DNA from: Bacteroidota bacterium
GTDB lineage: Bacteria > Bacteroidota > Bacteroidia > Chitinophagales > Chitinophagaceae
DNA length: 64,000 nt
Reading direction: 5' to 3'
NCBI GenBank assembly: GCA_947448725.1
Contig: CANFOM010000012.1
Location: 6,622-70,621, forward strand
Both the position numbers and the translations under genes were made by a program. Each line of letters opens with the position of its first letter. Within the stretch, counting starts at the first letter, position 1. Positions 1 through 11,165 of this stretch are shown here, piece by piece. Under the pieces are notes generated by a model. It saw nothing but the letters and a program-made list of their open reading frames with translations. It did no database searches and was not told the origin of the DNA.

Positions 1-1
1 C

Positions 2-271
2 TTGAATGGGAAAATAGCCATTGTAGCAGGGCCAATTGTCTACGGAATTGAAGCACTAGACAACCCTGAATTAGATAGTTATAGTATTAACGCCACAACC
101 ACATTGCAACTAAATTATAAGCCTAATTTACTAAACGGTATTAATACCATCACGGGAGTGGCTAAATCAGCTGACAACAAAGTGGTCAATTTTACTGCAA
201 TTCCATTTTTTTCAATAGGTAACCGAAATGTAAGTTCCCCCTATAAGGTTTGGATGTTCAATCAAAAATAG
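2..271 (+). CDS. 3' end of a GH127-like (beta-L-arabinofuranosidase/DUF1680 family) gene; the 5' part lies outside the window
   Basis: The frame is open from the window edge to TAG at 269-271. The C-terminal pattern IPFFSIGNR..PYKVWM resembles the conserved GH127 C-terminus as I remember it. Confidence 0.45.
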   Translation: MNGKIAIVAGPIVYGIEALDNPELDSYSINATTTLQLNYKPNLLNGINTITGVAKSADNKVVNFTAIPFFSIGNRNVSSPYKVWMFNQK

Positions 272-277
272 TAAGCA

Positions 278-1270
278 CTAGTCTTGTGGGTAAGTCAAGC
301 CGCCCTTGGCTCTCACTTGGTCTAATAATTTTATTAATACGAGCGACTCTTCAAAACTCATTAGGTCGCTCTCTATTTTTCCAGCCAATAAACAATCTGT
401 TGCATGTTGCGCTTCGTATTCATAGCCAATGCCTTTTGTTTTTTCTACTTCAATTAATTCGTAATTTTTACCTCCATCTGTCGAAAATTGGATCGTACCA
501 GAGGGCTCATAAAAACGCTGCGTTAATTTGATATTTCCTTTGGTCCCAAATATTTGTAGGTCAATGGGGATATTGGCTTTGAAAGTAGAAAACAACTGCG
601 CCACTGCGCCATTGTTGTAGTGAAAGGTTATCGCACATTGTTCATCTGCCCCAGAGGCATTTGGAACCATGGCCACTTCCATATCATCTGGATTGCCTAA
701 AATATGCAAAGCAAAGAAAATATTATAAATTCCAATATCCAATAAAGTGCCGCCACCCAATTCAATTTCCGTAAGGCGTTTATTAGAATCTGCACTTGTC
801 TTAAACCCAAAATTTGCCTGCAGGGCCGTTACTTCCCCTATTAATCCTTGGGCTAATAGTTCCTTCAATTTAATAAAATGTGGCAAAAAACGAGACCACA
901 ATGCCTCCATTAAAAAAATCTTTTTTTCTTTAGCCAATTGTATCATTTCAATTACTTGCTTTTGATTGATCGCAAATGGCTTTTCACACAATACTGCTTT
1001 ATGATGTTGTAAACACAATAAAGTATTTTCATGATGCAATACATGCGGTGTGGCAATGTAAATAATGTCGATATCTTTATCCTCCACCAACTGCAAATAA
1101 GAACTATACCTTTTTTCAATGGCAAACAAATCTGCAAAAGCATCTGCAGTTTCTTGTGTTCGAGAACCTACTGCTACCAGTTTGGCATTTTGAACATATT
1201 GCAAATCGGCTGCAAATTTTTTGGCAATACTCCCTGCACCCAGAATACCCCAACGAATTATTTTTGACAT
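278..1270 (-). CDS. Gfo/Idh/MocA family NAD(P)-dependent oxidoreductase (cytoplasmic type)
   Basis: 330-aa ORF. N-terminal Rossmann motif WGILGAGSIAKKF. EKP motif (LCEKPFA) typical of the family. Confidence 0.85.
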   Translation of the reverse strand: MSKIIRWGILGAGSIAKKFAADLQYVQNAKLVAVGSRTQETADAFADLFAIEKRYSSYLQLVEDKDIDIIYIATPHVLHHENTLLCLQHHKAVLCEKPFAINQKQVIEMIQLAKEKKIFLMEALWSRFLPHFIKLKELLAQGLIGEVTALQANFGFKTSADSNKRLTEIELGGGTLLDIGIYNIFFALHILGNPDDMEVAMVPNASGADEQCAITFHYNNGAVAQLFSTFKANIPIDLQIFGTKGNIKLTQRFYEPSGTIQFSTDGGKNYELIEVEKTKGIGYEYEAQHATDCLLAGKIESDLMSFEESLVLIKLLDQVRAKGGLTYPQD

Positions 1271-1413
1271 AGCTACTTAATTTATCCTATGATATAGAAA
1301 CTTAAAGATACAAAACGAAGTAATGAGAAAATTAGTAATTTTAGGTGTAAAACTTGAAATAGATTGGAATTTTATTATATTTAATACTGAAGTATTAACG
1401 TCTCCATCCACTT

Positions 1414-3339
1414 ATGAAAAAATACATTCAAATTGGCTTTATAGCTTTTATAACGTTGATGCAATTGGCTTGTTCCAAAGCAACTCCTTCCAGCGAAACC
1501 ACCACCCCTCCTATTCAAGTTGACAATGGAGTGGATGTGCCTAGCGGCGCCAATGATGGAGTTAGTTTTTTAAATGCAGGAAAATCGGTCATCTTTAATT
1601 TGTATGCCCCTAAGAAAAAATCGGTATCGATTATTGGTGATTTTAATAATTGGAAAACAAGTACTACTTATAACTTAAAAAATTCTAAGGATGGAACAAG
1701 ATGGTGGATCCAAATTGACAATTTAGATCCTACTGTGGAATACGCTTACCAATACCTCATTGATGGTAATATTAAAGTAGCAGATCCATATACAGAAAAA
1801 GTACTTGACCCTAATAATGATTATAATATTCAAAGCTCCACCTATCAAAATCTTAAATCTTACCCTTCTAGTTTAGCTACAGGTATTGTTAGCACTTTTT
1901 ATTATAATCAACCTGCTTATAACTGGCAGGTATCTAACTTCAAAAGACCAGAACCAAAAAACTTAGTGGTCTATGAATTACTGGTTCGTGATTTTGTTGC
2001 GGCTCATGATTATAAAACCATTAAAGACACGCTTAATTATTTTGTAAGGTTAGGTATTAATGCCATTGAACTAATGCCAATCAATGAATTTGAAGGCAAT
2101 GAATCCTGGGGTTACAATCCTAATTTTTATTTTGCCCCTGATAAATATTATGGTACTAAAAACGATTTAAAAGCATTGATTGACGCCTGCCATCAAAAAG
2201 GAATTGCCGTTATACAAGATATCGTTCTCAATCATTCTTTTGGTTCTTCTCCCATGGTTCAAATGTATTGGACTGGGCAGGTACCTAGCTCAGACAATCC
2301 TTGGTATAATGCTGCTCCAACACATCCCTACAATGTGGGCTTTCAATTTAATCATGAAAGTTCTGCAACAAAATACTTTACTAAAAATGTACTCAAATTT
2401 TGGATGACCGAATACCATATGGATGGATTTAGATTTGATTTAGCCAAAGGATTTACACAAACCAATACAGGAACTGATGTAAATGCTTGGGGCAACTATG
2501 ATGCTTCCAGAGTTGCTATTTGGAAAGAATACAATAGTTATATAAAATCTATAGATCCCAATTTTTATGTGATTCTTGAAAACTTTGCCAGCAATAAAGA
2601 AGAAGAAGAATTAACCAGCTTAGGCATGATGACCTGGGGCAATATGAGCTTTAACGGCGAACAAGCTACTATGGGTTATAATGATAGTGGCGGTTCTTGG
2701 GATTTAAGTGGATTATTTTATAACAATCGAAGTTTAAGTAACCCTTATGCACTGGTTGCGTATTTTGAAAGCCATGACGAAGAGCGGCTACAGTTTAAAA
2801 ATGCAGCTTATGGAAATAGTAATGGCAACTACAGCATCAAAAGCTTAGCAACAGGCTTAAAAAGAAATGAATTGGGTGCTGTATTTATGCTATCTGCCCC
2901 TGGCCCAAAAATGATATGGCAATTTGGGGAACGGGGTTATGATGTAAGTATTAATGATGCTGGAACAGGAGGTAGATTAGGCAATAAACCTCCTCGTTGG
3001 GAATACATGTCAGACATCAATAGATTGGCGTTATATAATTTGTATTCAAAAATGATCAAACTTAAAATAAATAATCCTGTATTTACCACCACTAGCTTTA
3101 CCTATAATTTAGCCAATGCATTTAAATCAATTTTACTAGATGGTAAAGAGGGTACTTATTTGCAAGTGCTGGGTAATTTTGGTGTAGAAAATAATACAAG
3201 TGTGGTGGCCTTTCCAACTACTGGAACTTGGACAGATCAATTAGACAATTCGACTATTAATGTTAACCAACTCAATTATGCTATTACTTTAGCCCCTGGA
3301 GAATATCATGTATACAGTAATCGAAGTTTGATTAAATAA
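1414..3339 (+). CDS. GH13 alpha-amylase family lipoprotein with an N-terminal E-set/CBM48-like domain
   Basis: 641-aa ORF. Lipoprotein signal (..MQLACSK). GH13 regions VIQDIVLNHS, GFRFDLAKG and FESHDEERL. Confidence 0.85.
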   Translation: MKKYIQIGFIAFITLMQLACSKATPSSETTTPPIQVDNGVDVPSGANDGVSFLNAGKSVIFNLYAPKKKSVSIIGDFNNWKTSTTYNLKNSKDGTRWWIQIDNLDPTVEYAYQYLIDGNIKVADPYTEKVLDPNNDYNIQSSTYQNLKSYPSSLATGIVSTFYYNQPAYNWQVSNFKRPEPKNLVVYELLVRDFVAAHDYKTIKDTLNYFVRLGINAIELMPINEFEGNESWGYNPNFYFAPDKYYGTKNDLKALIDACHQKGIAVIQDIVLNHSFGSSPMVQMYWTGQVPSSDNPWYNAAPTHPYNVGFQFNHESSATKYFTKNVLKFWMTEYHMDGFRFDLAKGFTQTNTGTDVNAWGNYDASRVAIWKEYNSYIKSIDPNFYVILENFASNKEEEELTSLGMMTWGNMSFNGEQATMGYNDSGGSWDLSGLFYNNRSLSNPYALVAYFESHDEERLQFKNAAYGNSNGNYSIKSLATGLKRNELGAVFMLSAPGPKMIWQFGERGYDVSINDAGTGGRLGNKPPRWEYMSDINRLALYNLYSKMIKLKINNPVFTTTSFTYNLANAFKSILLDGKEGTYLQVLGNFGVENNTSVVAFPTTGTWTDQLDNSTINVNQLNYAITLAPGEYHVYSNRSLIK

Positions 3340-3380
3340 AATGGTAAAATTATGAAGAAGTTATTTATAAATGAATACTT

Positions 3381-4391
3381 TTAAATAAGAGCTGCTATTT
3401 TCTTAGTCTCCACTAAAAAGCCATCATGCCCATAATTGGTTTCGATAATAAAGTGCTGCGATTGTTTAATATTTTGGTGTAAAAAAATTTGATCTTCCAA
3501 AGGGAAAAGTAGGTCTGAACTTAAACTTATCACCAGGGCATTTGCCTTTATGATGGCAAGTGCATTTTTCACACCCCCTCTTCCCCTACCAACATCATGC
3601 AAGTCCATCATTTTTGAAAGTAAATGGTAAGAATAAGCATTAAAACGATTGGCTAATTTTTGTCCCTGATACTTTTGATAAGATATAGCCTTATGTTCAA
3701 ATTTTAGTGCATCTTCTATATTGTCAACATCATCCAATTGATTTAGATTATAAATTTCAGCACTTCGATAAGATAATAAAGCAATACTTCTTGCTAATTT
3801 AAGGCCCTCTCTACCAGCATCTGTAGAGCTTGTTTTCCAACTTGAATCATTTTCTATCGCCCATCTTTGAGAGGTATTGTATGCAATCCCCCAAGGTGAA
3901 TGTTTTGCATTAGTGGCTAATGGAATAATTGTTTCAAATAAATTAGGCTCTATAATAGCCCATTCTAATAATTGCTGTCCACCTAAAGAACCTCCTATTC
4001 CTATTTGAATGGAATTAATTTTTAAATGCTCTTTTAATAACCGAAAAGCTTTTACCACATCTCTATTCGTAAACAATGGAAACTCATGATAAAAGGGTTG
4101 ATCTGTTAAAGGGTTTATAGACAAAGGCCCAATACTACCATAACAACTTCCTGGAATATTTACACAAATAATATATTTTGTTGCTACATTAAACTTAGAA
4201 CTGCCTTCTATTAAATTGTTCCACCAATCAAAAGGATTGCTGTTTGCGGTAAGTGCATGAAAAATCCAAACTACATTATTGCGCTCCACATTTAGCTTAC
4301 CAAAACTATGATAGCCAAGATGAATGCCCTCTAGCTTCTCCCCACTTTCCAATTCAAATTCAGCAGCTGATGTAAATAATTGATAACTCAC
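3381..4391 (-). CDS. metX: Homoserine O-acetyltransferase
   Basis: 336-aa ORF. Alpha/beta-hydrolase nucleophile elbow GGSLGGQQLLEWA and overall MetX-like pattern. Lies immediately downstream of metY on the same strand. Confidence 0.85.
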   Translation of the reverse strand: MSYQLFTSAAEFELESGEKLEGIHLGYHSFGKLNVERNNVVWIFHALTANSNPFDWWNNLIEGSSKFNVATKYIICVNIPGSCYGSIGPLSINPLTDQPFYHEFPLFTNRDVVKAFRLLKEHLKINSIQIGIGGSLGGQQLLEWAIIEPNLFETIIPLATNAKHSPWGIAYNTSQRWAIENDSSWKTSSTDAGREGLKLARSIALLSYRSAEIYNLNQLDDVDNIEDALKFEHKAISYQKYQGQKLANRFNAYSYHLLSKMMDLHDVGRGRGGVKNALAIIKANALVISLSSDLLFPLEDQIFLHQNIKQSQHFIIETNYGHDGFLVETKKIAALI

Positions 4392-4405
4392 TTCATATAA
4401 ATTAA

Positions 4406-4435
4406 ATCATCCGCTTGAAAATTCAAACGGATGAT
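4406..4435 (-). other. Intercistronic hairpin between metY and metX
   Basis: ATCATCCG..(14 nt, itself partly self-complementary TTGAA/TTCAA)..CGGATGAT, an 8-bp outer stem in the 72-nt metY-metX gap. The U-tract on the coding (-) strand is weak, so it may be an RNA stability or attenuation element rather than a full terminator. Confidence 0.3.
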
Positions 4436-4463
4436 GTGTTTTGTTTAGATTATTTAGTTGCTA

Positions 4464-5807
<1,344 letters not shown>

Positions 5808-6043
5808 TTATTTTGTCTACTATTTTTATAGACTATTTGATTAAAAAAATATTTTCTTTATATAAATGATTCATAGCCCTTTTAATACCTATTGTAAAGT
5901 ATTAAGGAACTCGCACAAAGAAAAGGTGGTTATTTTACATTACCAAATTAAAGTCTACTTATTTTGTAGACTTTAATAAAAAAGAGAGATTTTTTGAATA
6001 CTAACTATAAAATTCGTGAAATTCAATGTAACCCTTGATAATT

Positions 6044-8458
6044 TTACTCTATATATTTAACCACGCGGGCTAGCTTTCCATTGGCATTGGTGCCCTCTAA
6101 TACAATTTGTAATTTTTTACTTATATCATTATTGTAAAATTCAATTCTAATCCTTGGATTGCGTTTATTAGTTAACACATAAGGATTCCAATATAAGGTG
6201 GTTCTATTATCTTCTTCAAAATTTTCAGACGGCTTTTCGTAATCAGGATTAAAAAATTCTTTAAAAACAGAATAACCTCCTAAAGCAGCGTATTCCATTC
6301 CTACACTTTTGATATTTTTCCCTTTATTGTTATTGCCGCGTTTGGTATATATTGCAATGGCCCCTCCACTTCCACCACCAGCCGAACCAAAAAATGGAGG
6401 TCGAATGGCTTTGATGTAAGCAATATCAGCAATAGAAATATTTTGCACCGATTCTATAGGGGTATTAAATTCATTTACAAAGAAATCAGTTTTAGAACCT
6501 CTCCAGGTGGCAGAAGCTTGTGAACCATAAGCCATAATATTCAAACCTGGCACTTTGGATTGCAAATAGGTCAATACATTCATGGAGCCAAGCGCACTTG
6601 GATCGTTGGTTAAATCAAAGGAAGTTCCATCTCCCCCTGTAAAAAAACCAGTAGCATATTTTTCATCCAGTAACTGAATAGGCGATTTCGTTTTTGACTT
6701 TACCACTACTTCTGTTAAAGTGATAGAGGCTAATAATTTTTTTTGTCTTTCTTGTTCCAACAAAATAAAATTTAATTTAGCCCTAGCCATACTATCACTC
6801 CAATTTCGAACAAAACTACCTGCATCTATTGGTGATTTTTTAAATTCTTGTTTCAATAACCCATTTTCAAAATGCACTACGGCAATATTGTTCAATTTTG
6901 ATTTACTATTAACCCCATAATAGATTCTTGAAGTATCATAATAGAAAACAGACTTGTCTTCGAAACTTCCATCGCTTAATATGGGTATAAATAGCATTTT
7001 ATTACTACTGTCTCTGCCATTGATAATGATATTTAAAAGAAGGTCATCTGAGAATTTTATGTTTGCGTTGGCATACACTTTCCCTGAAACTTTCATAAAA
7101 TCAGTTTCTTTAGGATAAGTGGGCACTGGCAAAATACCTGCTTTAACTTTATCCCAATCAAATTTTCGCCATCCGTTGGTAAGCATTACTAAATCTAAAT
7201 GCGCCGCTACGCTATCTGCATCACTCGAAAAATAATAAGCAGGATGGTATACTTTACCGCGAATATCATTACTCAAAAGAAAATCAGAATAGATGGTTTG
7301 TTGTTCGGGCAACACAACTGAAGCGTCTGTAATGGATATAGACATATTGGATTCTGTGGTATCCTTCACCATTATTTCAAGTACATTTTTGCCTCTTTTA
7401 GCTGTATTGGCTACTTGCACGGATAACATCGCATTATACTCATGAAGGCGATTATTAATCAACACAATTCTTTCGGCTAAAGGAATCCAATCATTTGTAA
7501 ATAAAGAAAACTGTACCACACCGGTAGGTAATTCTTCAATGGGTAATCCAGCTTTCTGCAAAAGGCGTTCCTCCCCTTTAAATTCAACATTATATAGTAA
7601 GTGTTGATTTTGATGTACCAATAATCTCAAGTGCTTAAAATTTTGGGGGACTTCCGCAGTTCGTTCTACTTGAACATAAGCTTTCTCTACATCCATACTA
7701 AGCTTCATAATAACACCCTCTTTATTGGCAGCCATTATAGGAGTAATACCTTTTTGCGCATTTTCGTCTGTCCAATTAAGTTGATACTTTTCTCCAGCCA
7801 CTGGTTTTAATTTAAAAGTGCCCATGCCATCATGTGCTATTTTTAAAGTATCCAACACTTTGTTTTTATCATTAACTAAAAATCCTTTTATAAATACAGG
7901 TATCCCAAAGCCATTGGTAGCTTTAAAAGCTACTTTGCTATTTAATCCATTAACCAAAACGCCGCCTTCTGGAAAAACATCTACCCTTGTTTTGGAGGTA
8001 GTGATTGTTTTTGTTTTAGCTATCGAACCATCATTAACAGGAATATTTTTTTCGTAAATAAATATACTATCGTCATTCAACATCCAACGTGTAAAGGCTT
8101 TTAAACGAATAAAGTCGCCTTTGTAATTGGGCGGCACTTCAAAACTTCCCTTGGCAGATGATTTTAATAAAGGGGCAACTGTTTGCTTGATATAATTCCC
8201 ATTAGCATCATACCAATTAACATAAACGTTCTTGCTTAAACTAGTCCATTCTAATCCTGATAAAACATAAAGTTTATAAAAAATGGTTTCTCCTTTATTG
8301 TACATGGTCCTATCGAAATGAATATGCATTTTTTCGAGTGGCAATTGCTGTTCATATAAGTTTATAACAGAATCATATATTTGTGCCTGAGTCTTTTCTG
8401 CATAAAAAGTCATCAATAACAATACAAAACAATTCAAAAATATTTTTTTCATCTTCAC
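6044..8458 (-). CDS. Secreted 804-aa protein with a C-terminal TonB-receptor plug-like domain but no beta-barrel; function unknown
   Basis: Signal peptide (..FYAEKTQAQ). The C-terminal third (LTEVVVKSK..VLTYLQSKVPGLNI..ADIAYIKAIRPPFFGSAGGGSGGAIAIYTKRG) looks like a plug domain. The N-terminal two thirds are unrecognised (possibly MG2/Ig-like). Confidence 0.5.
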   Translation of the reverse strand: MKMKKIFLNCFVLLLMTFYAEKTQAQIYDSVINLYEQQLPLEKMHIHFDRTMYNKGETIFYKLYVLSGLEWTSLSKNVYVNWYDANGNYIKQTVAPLLKSSAKGSFEVPPNYKGDFIRLKAFTRWMLNDDSIFIYEKNIPVNDGSIAKTKTITTSKTRVDVFPEGGVLVNGLNSKVAFKATNGFGIPVFIKGFLVNDKNKVLDTLKIAHDGMGTFKLKPVAGEKYQLNWTDENAQKGITPIMAANKEGVIMKLSMDVEKAYVQVERTAEVPQNFKHLRLLVHQNQHLLYNVEFKGEERLLQKAGLPIEELPTGVVQFSLFTNDWIPLAERIVLINNRLHEYNAMLSVQVANTAKRGKNVLEIMVKDTTESNMSISITDASVVLPEQQTIYSDFLLSNDIRGKVYHPAYYFSSDADSVAAHLDLVMLTNGWRKFDWDKVKAGILPVPTYPKETDFMKVSGKVYANANIKFSDDLLLNIIINGRDSSNKMLFIPILSDGSFEDKSVFYYDTSRIYYGVNSKSKLNNIAVVHFENGLLKQEFKKSPIDAGSFVRNWSDSMARAKLNFILLEQERQKKLLASITLTEVVVKSKTKSPIQLLDEKYATGFFTGGDGTSFDLTNDPSALGSMNVLTYLQSKVPGLNIMAYGSQASATWRGSKTDFFVNEFNTPIESVQNISIADIAYIKAIRPPFFGSAGGGSGGAIAIYTKRGNNNKGKNIKSVGMEYAALGGYSVFKEFFNPDYEKPSENFEEDNRTTLYWNPYVLTNKRNPRIRIEFYNNDISKKLQIVLEGTNANGKLARVVKYIE

Positions 8459-8794
8459 TTAGTTTTTCGATCGCTTATAATTATCGACTTGCCAAAGTTA
8501 GGTATTTGTATAGGATAGCGCCTTAAATAAACAAGCAGATAGGTTGGATAAGAATTATCAAGATGAAATTAAAATATTCCACAATAAAAACCACACAAAA
8601 ACAAAGGATAAAATAAAATAGAACCGATAAAGTAAGGCCTTCCGTTAAATGTTCTAAGAAATGATTATGCGATGGAAACTAAGCATTTTCAGTGCAATAG
8701 AAATAGAATTATAATTTATATTAGATTGATTTACAAGCATTTATAATAAAGTGCAAAATAACTCCCCCTTTATAAGCTATACAATCGGATTGGC

Positions 8795-9475
8795 TTAGGC
8801 AGCTATAACAACTGCTTTTAATTCATATATATCATCAAAAATATAATTGGGATTGGCGGCTAATAATTGAATCTTAGTATGTGCCCCTGTAGTAACTGCA
8901 ATATTGTACACACAACCCGCATTCCTTCCTTCTTCTATATCTATGGTAGAATCTCCCACTTTTATAACTGATGCTGCATCTTGAATATTCATTTTCTCCA
9001 TGGCATATAATATCATGTCTGGCATGGGTCGGTTGTTATTAACATCCGATGAGGTAACTAGTAAATCAAAATTAACACCTTCAACCCAATTTAGTTTTTT
9101 AACTAGAGAAGTAGCAGTGGCTTTATTATAGCCTGTATTTAAAACCACTTTAATACCTAAGTCTCTTAATTCCTTAAATAGTCTTTCTGTATTTTGGGTA
9201 GGAACCACTGTCAAATTTTCATAAGCTGTATCAAGAAGAACCAAAAAATCCTTAAACACTTCTTGAATAGTATCCTCATTAAGAAACATATTAGTTCCCA
9301 CTAAGGTGTCTTTAATTGCTTGCAGCTTTTCCTTTCCTGCCCCCCACTTTAAAACTTCTTCAAAAGTAACGTTAGGACATTTTTTTTGTATTGCCTTATG
9401 TAAAGTATGATACACCACATTGCCTTCATCTACAGTAGTTCCAGCCATGTCAAAAACAACCATTGCTATTTTCAT
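8795..9475 (-). CDS. Phosphonatase-like HAD hydrolase (PhnX-like, TIGR03351-type)
   Basis: 226-aa ORF. HAD motif I is FDMAGTT, with Ala at nucleophile+2 as in phosphonoacetaldehyde hydrolase (FDWAGTT) rather than the DxDGT of phosphatases. Motif IV is GDSTIDIEEGRNAG. Last gene of the phosphonate cassette. Confidence 0.75.
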   Translation of the reverse strand: MKIAMVVFDMAGTTVDEGNVVYHTLHKAIQKKCPNVTFEEVLKWGAGKEKLQAIKDTLVGTNMFLNEDTIQEVFKDFLVLLDTAYENLTVVPTQNTERLFKELRDLGIKVVLNTGYNKATATSLVKKLNWVEGVNFDLLVTSSDVNNNRPMPDMILYAMEKMNIQDAASVIKVGDSTIDIEEGRNAGCVYNIAVTTGAHTKIQLLAANPNYIFDDIYELKAVVIAA

Positions 9476-9479
9476 AAAA

Positions 9480-10028
9480 TTATTTTAAAGATGATTCGAT
9501 TGCATTAGTAAATGATTCAATTGGAGGACTTACTAGATTCGGATCTTTTGCCAAGTCATCCCATCTTCTTAATGCTACCGCATCTTTGTAAAATTCATTT
9601 TTCTCAAATGCTTCTACTTCAATCTGATCCATTACACCCCCTTGAAATTCCAAACTAATTTTTGAAGGTGCCGATAAAGCTTCATGATAACCTGGCTCCG
9701 TCGCACATAAATATCTTTTGGCCTGGACATGTAATTTAACAGGTTCCACTGCACCCAATTTAAAGTGTTGAGTCAAATACTTCTCCCCTAGCAATTCATG
9801 CATATCATCAATACCATTATCACTTGCATCATCGGGTAAATCATGTAATAAATGTCCTATATCATGTAACAAAGCAGCAGTAACTAATTCATCAGTCGCA
9901 TAATGTATTCTTGCTAATTCGGCACATTGTAAAGCATGTTCTAATTGAGTAACTTCCTCGCCACCATACATGGAAGAACCATTATTTTCAAAGAGATCTA
10001 ATATTTGTTGTGTAATTGGATGTAACAT
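9480..10028 (-). CDS. phnZ: Phosphonate-degradation HD-domain diiron oxygenase (PhnZ type)
   Basis: 182-aa ORF. Ligand pattern H..HD..H..H..D in YGGEEVTQLEHALQCA, AALLHDIGH, MHELLGEKYL, LHVQAKRYL and RRWDD. This closely matches my memory of PhnZ/TIGR03276. Confidence 0.8.
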   Translation of the reverse strand: MLHPITQQILDLFENNGSSMYGGEEVTQLEHALQCAELARIHYATDELVTAALLHDIGHLLHDLPDDASDNGIDDMHELLGEKYLTQHFKLGAVEPVKLHVQAKRYLCATEPGYHEALSAPSKISLEFQGGVMDQIEVEAFEKNEFYKDAVALRRWDDLAKDPNLVSPPIESFTNAIESSLK

Positions 10029-10037
10029 AAAATTATA

Positions 10038-11165
10038 TTAAAGGTTATTAATCATTTCTTCTGCAAAACCAAATGACATGGTCATGCCATGACCCCCAAT
10101 ACCATTTAAGATATATACTCCTTTTTCAGGATTCAAAAACAAATCAGGAGCGCCATTTGTCATAATTGGATAAATCCCATTCCATGATTGTGTCATTTCC
10201 CATTCATCGATATGAATTAATTTTTTAAGATAATCTAATATCATATTATTTATCTCTATTTTATCAAAGGGCTCAAAATCTAATGCATATTCATGCGAAT
10301 CTCCAACAGTCAATTCACCAACATTATTTTGAGAAACCATAACATGTATCCCATATTTTAAATAAGTTGGAATTTCAGACTCAATTTTCATTCTTAATTT
10401 AGTAAGCGAAGAAGAAGCAGTAAAACTTTTATAATGCAGCAATGACAAGCCACCACAAATAGAAGCTCCAATTCTGTAATCTGGATCTTTATGCTTAAAA
10501 CGCATCATTTGTAGTTTTGTTTTTATTATTGGCTGTGCTTTAAAAATTTCTGGATATAAGGTTTCAAAATCAGCGCCAGAGCATACACAAATAATATCTG
10601 CTTCAAATTTTAAATTATTTGAAAATGCTACATTGCTTTTAACACTAGTGATGGCTGTACCCCAAATAAATTTAACCTTATACATTTCAGTTAAATAAGT
10701 TGGTAATTTTTTGATGCCTTCTCTTGGATCTATAATAGTCTCCTCTTCACTTCTAAGCGCCCCCAATAAACCTTCCCCATTAATCCCTTGATAATTATTC
10801 AATACCGCTTTAGCATCCATAATCGAAACTGGTCTGTTTTTGGCTTTGAAAAAGCTGCCAATCTCTTCCACAACCGTCATTTCTTCTTGAGAATAAGCTA
10901 AATGCAAACTTCCACAAGCATTGTATGGAATATGCGCTGCATCTAAATATTCTAGCCAAATTTCTTTGGTTCTAACTGCCCTATCATATAATTTACCATC
11001 TGGCTGCCCTACTGGCCAAAGCATTCCAAAATTTCTTACGCTTGCACCTAATGAAAATTGAGATTTTTCTATGACTGTAACTTCATAGCCTTTTTGGGCT
11101 AAGGCTCTTGCTGTGGCAAGTCCCAAAATACCTGCGCCAACTACTATGGCTTTTTGACTATTCAT
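10038..11165 (-). CDS. DAO-family FAD-dependent amine oxidoreductase of the phosphonate-cluster-associated clade (TIGR03364-like)
   Basis: I place the start at MNSQKAIVVGAGILGLATARALAQKGYEVTVIEK (GxGxxG directly after the Met). This ATG overlaps the upstream stop as ATGAATAG. The ORF-track start at 11210 adds 15 non-conserved residues inside the upstream gene. Confidence 0.75.
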   Translation of the reverse strand: MNSQKAIVVGAGILGLATARALAQKGYEVTVIEKSQFSLGASVRNFGMLWPVGQPDGKLYDRAVRTKEIWLEYLDAAHIPYNACGSLHLAYSQEEMTVVEEIGSFFKAKNRPVSIMDAKAVLNNYQGINGEGLLGALRSEEETIIDPREGIKKLPTYLTEMYKVKFIWGTAITSVKSNVAFSNNLKFEADIICVCSGADFETLYPEIFKAQPIIKTKLQMMRFKHKDPDYRIGASICGGLSLLHYKSFTASSSLTKLRMKIESEIPTYLKYGIHVMVSQNNVGELTVGDSHEYALDFEPFDKIEINNMILDYLKKLIHIDEWEMTQSWNGIYPIMTNGAPDLFLNPEKGVYILNGIGGHGMTMSFGFAEEMINNL

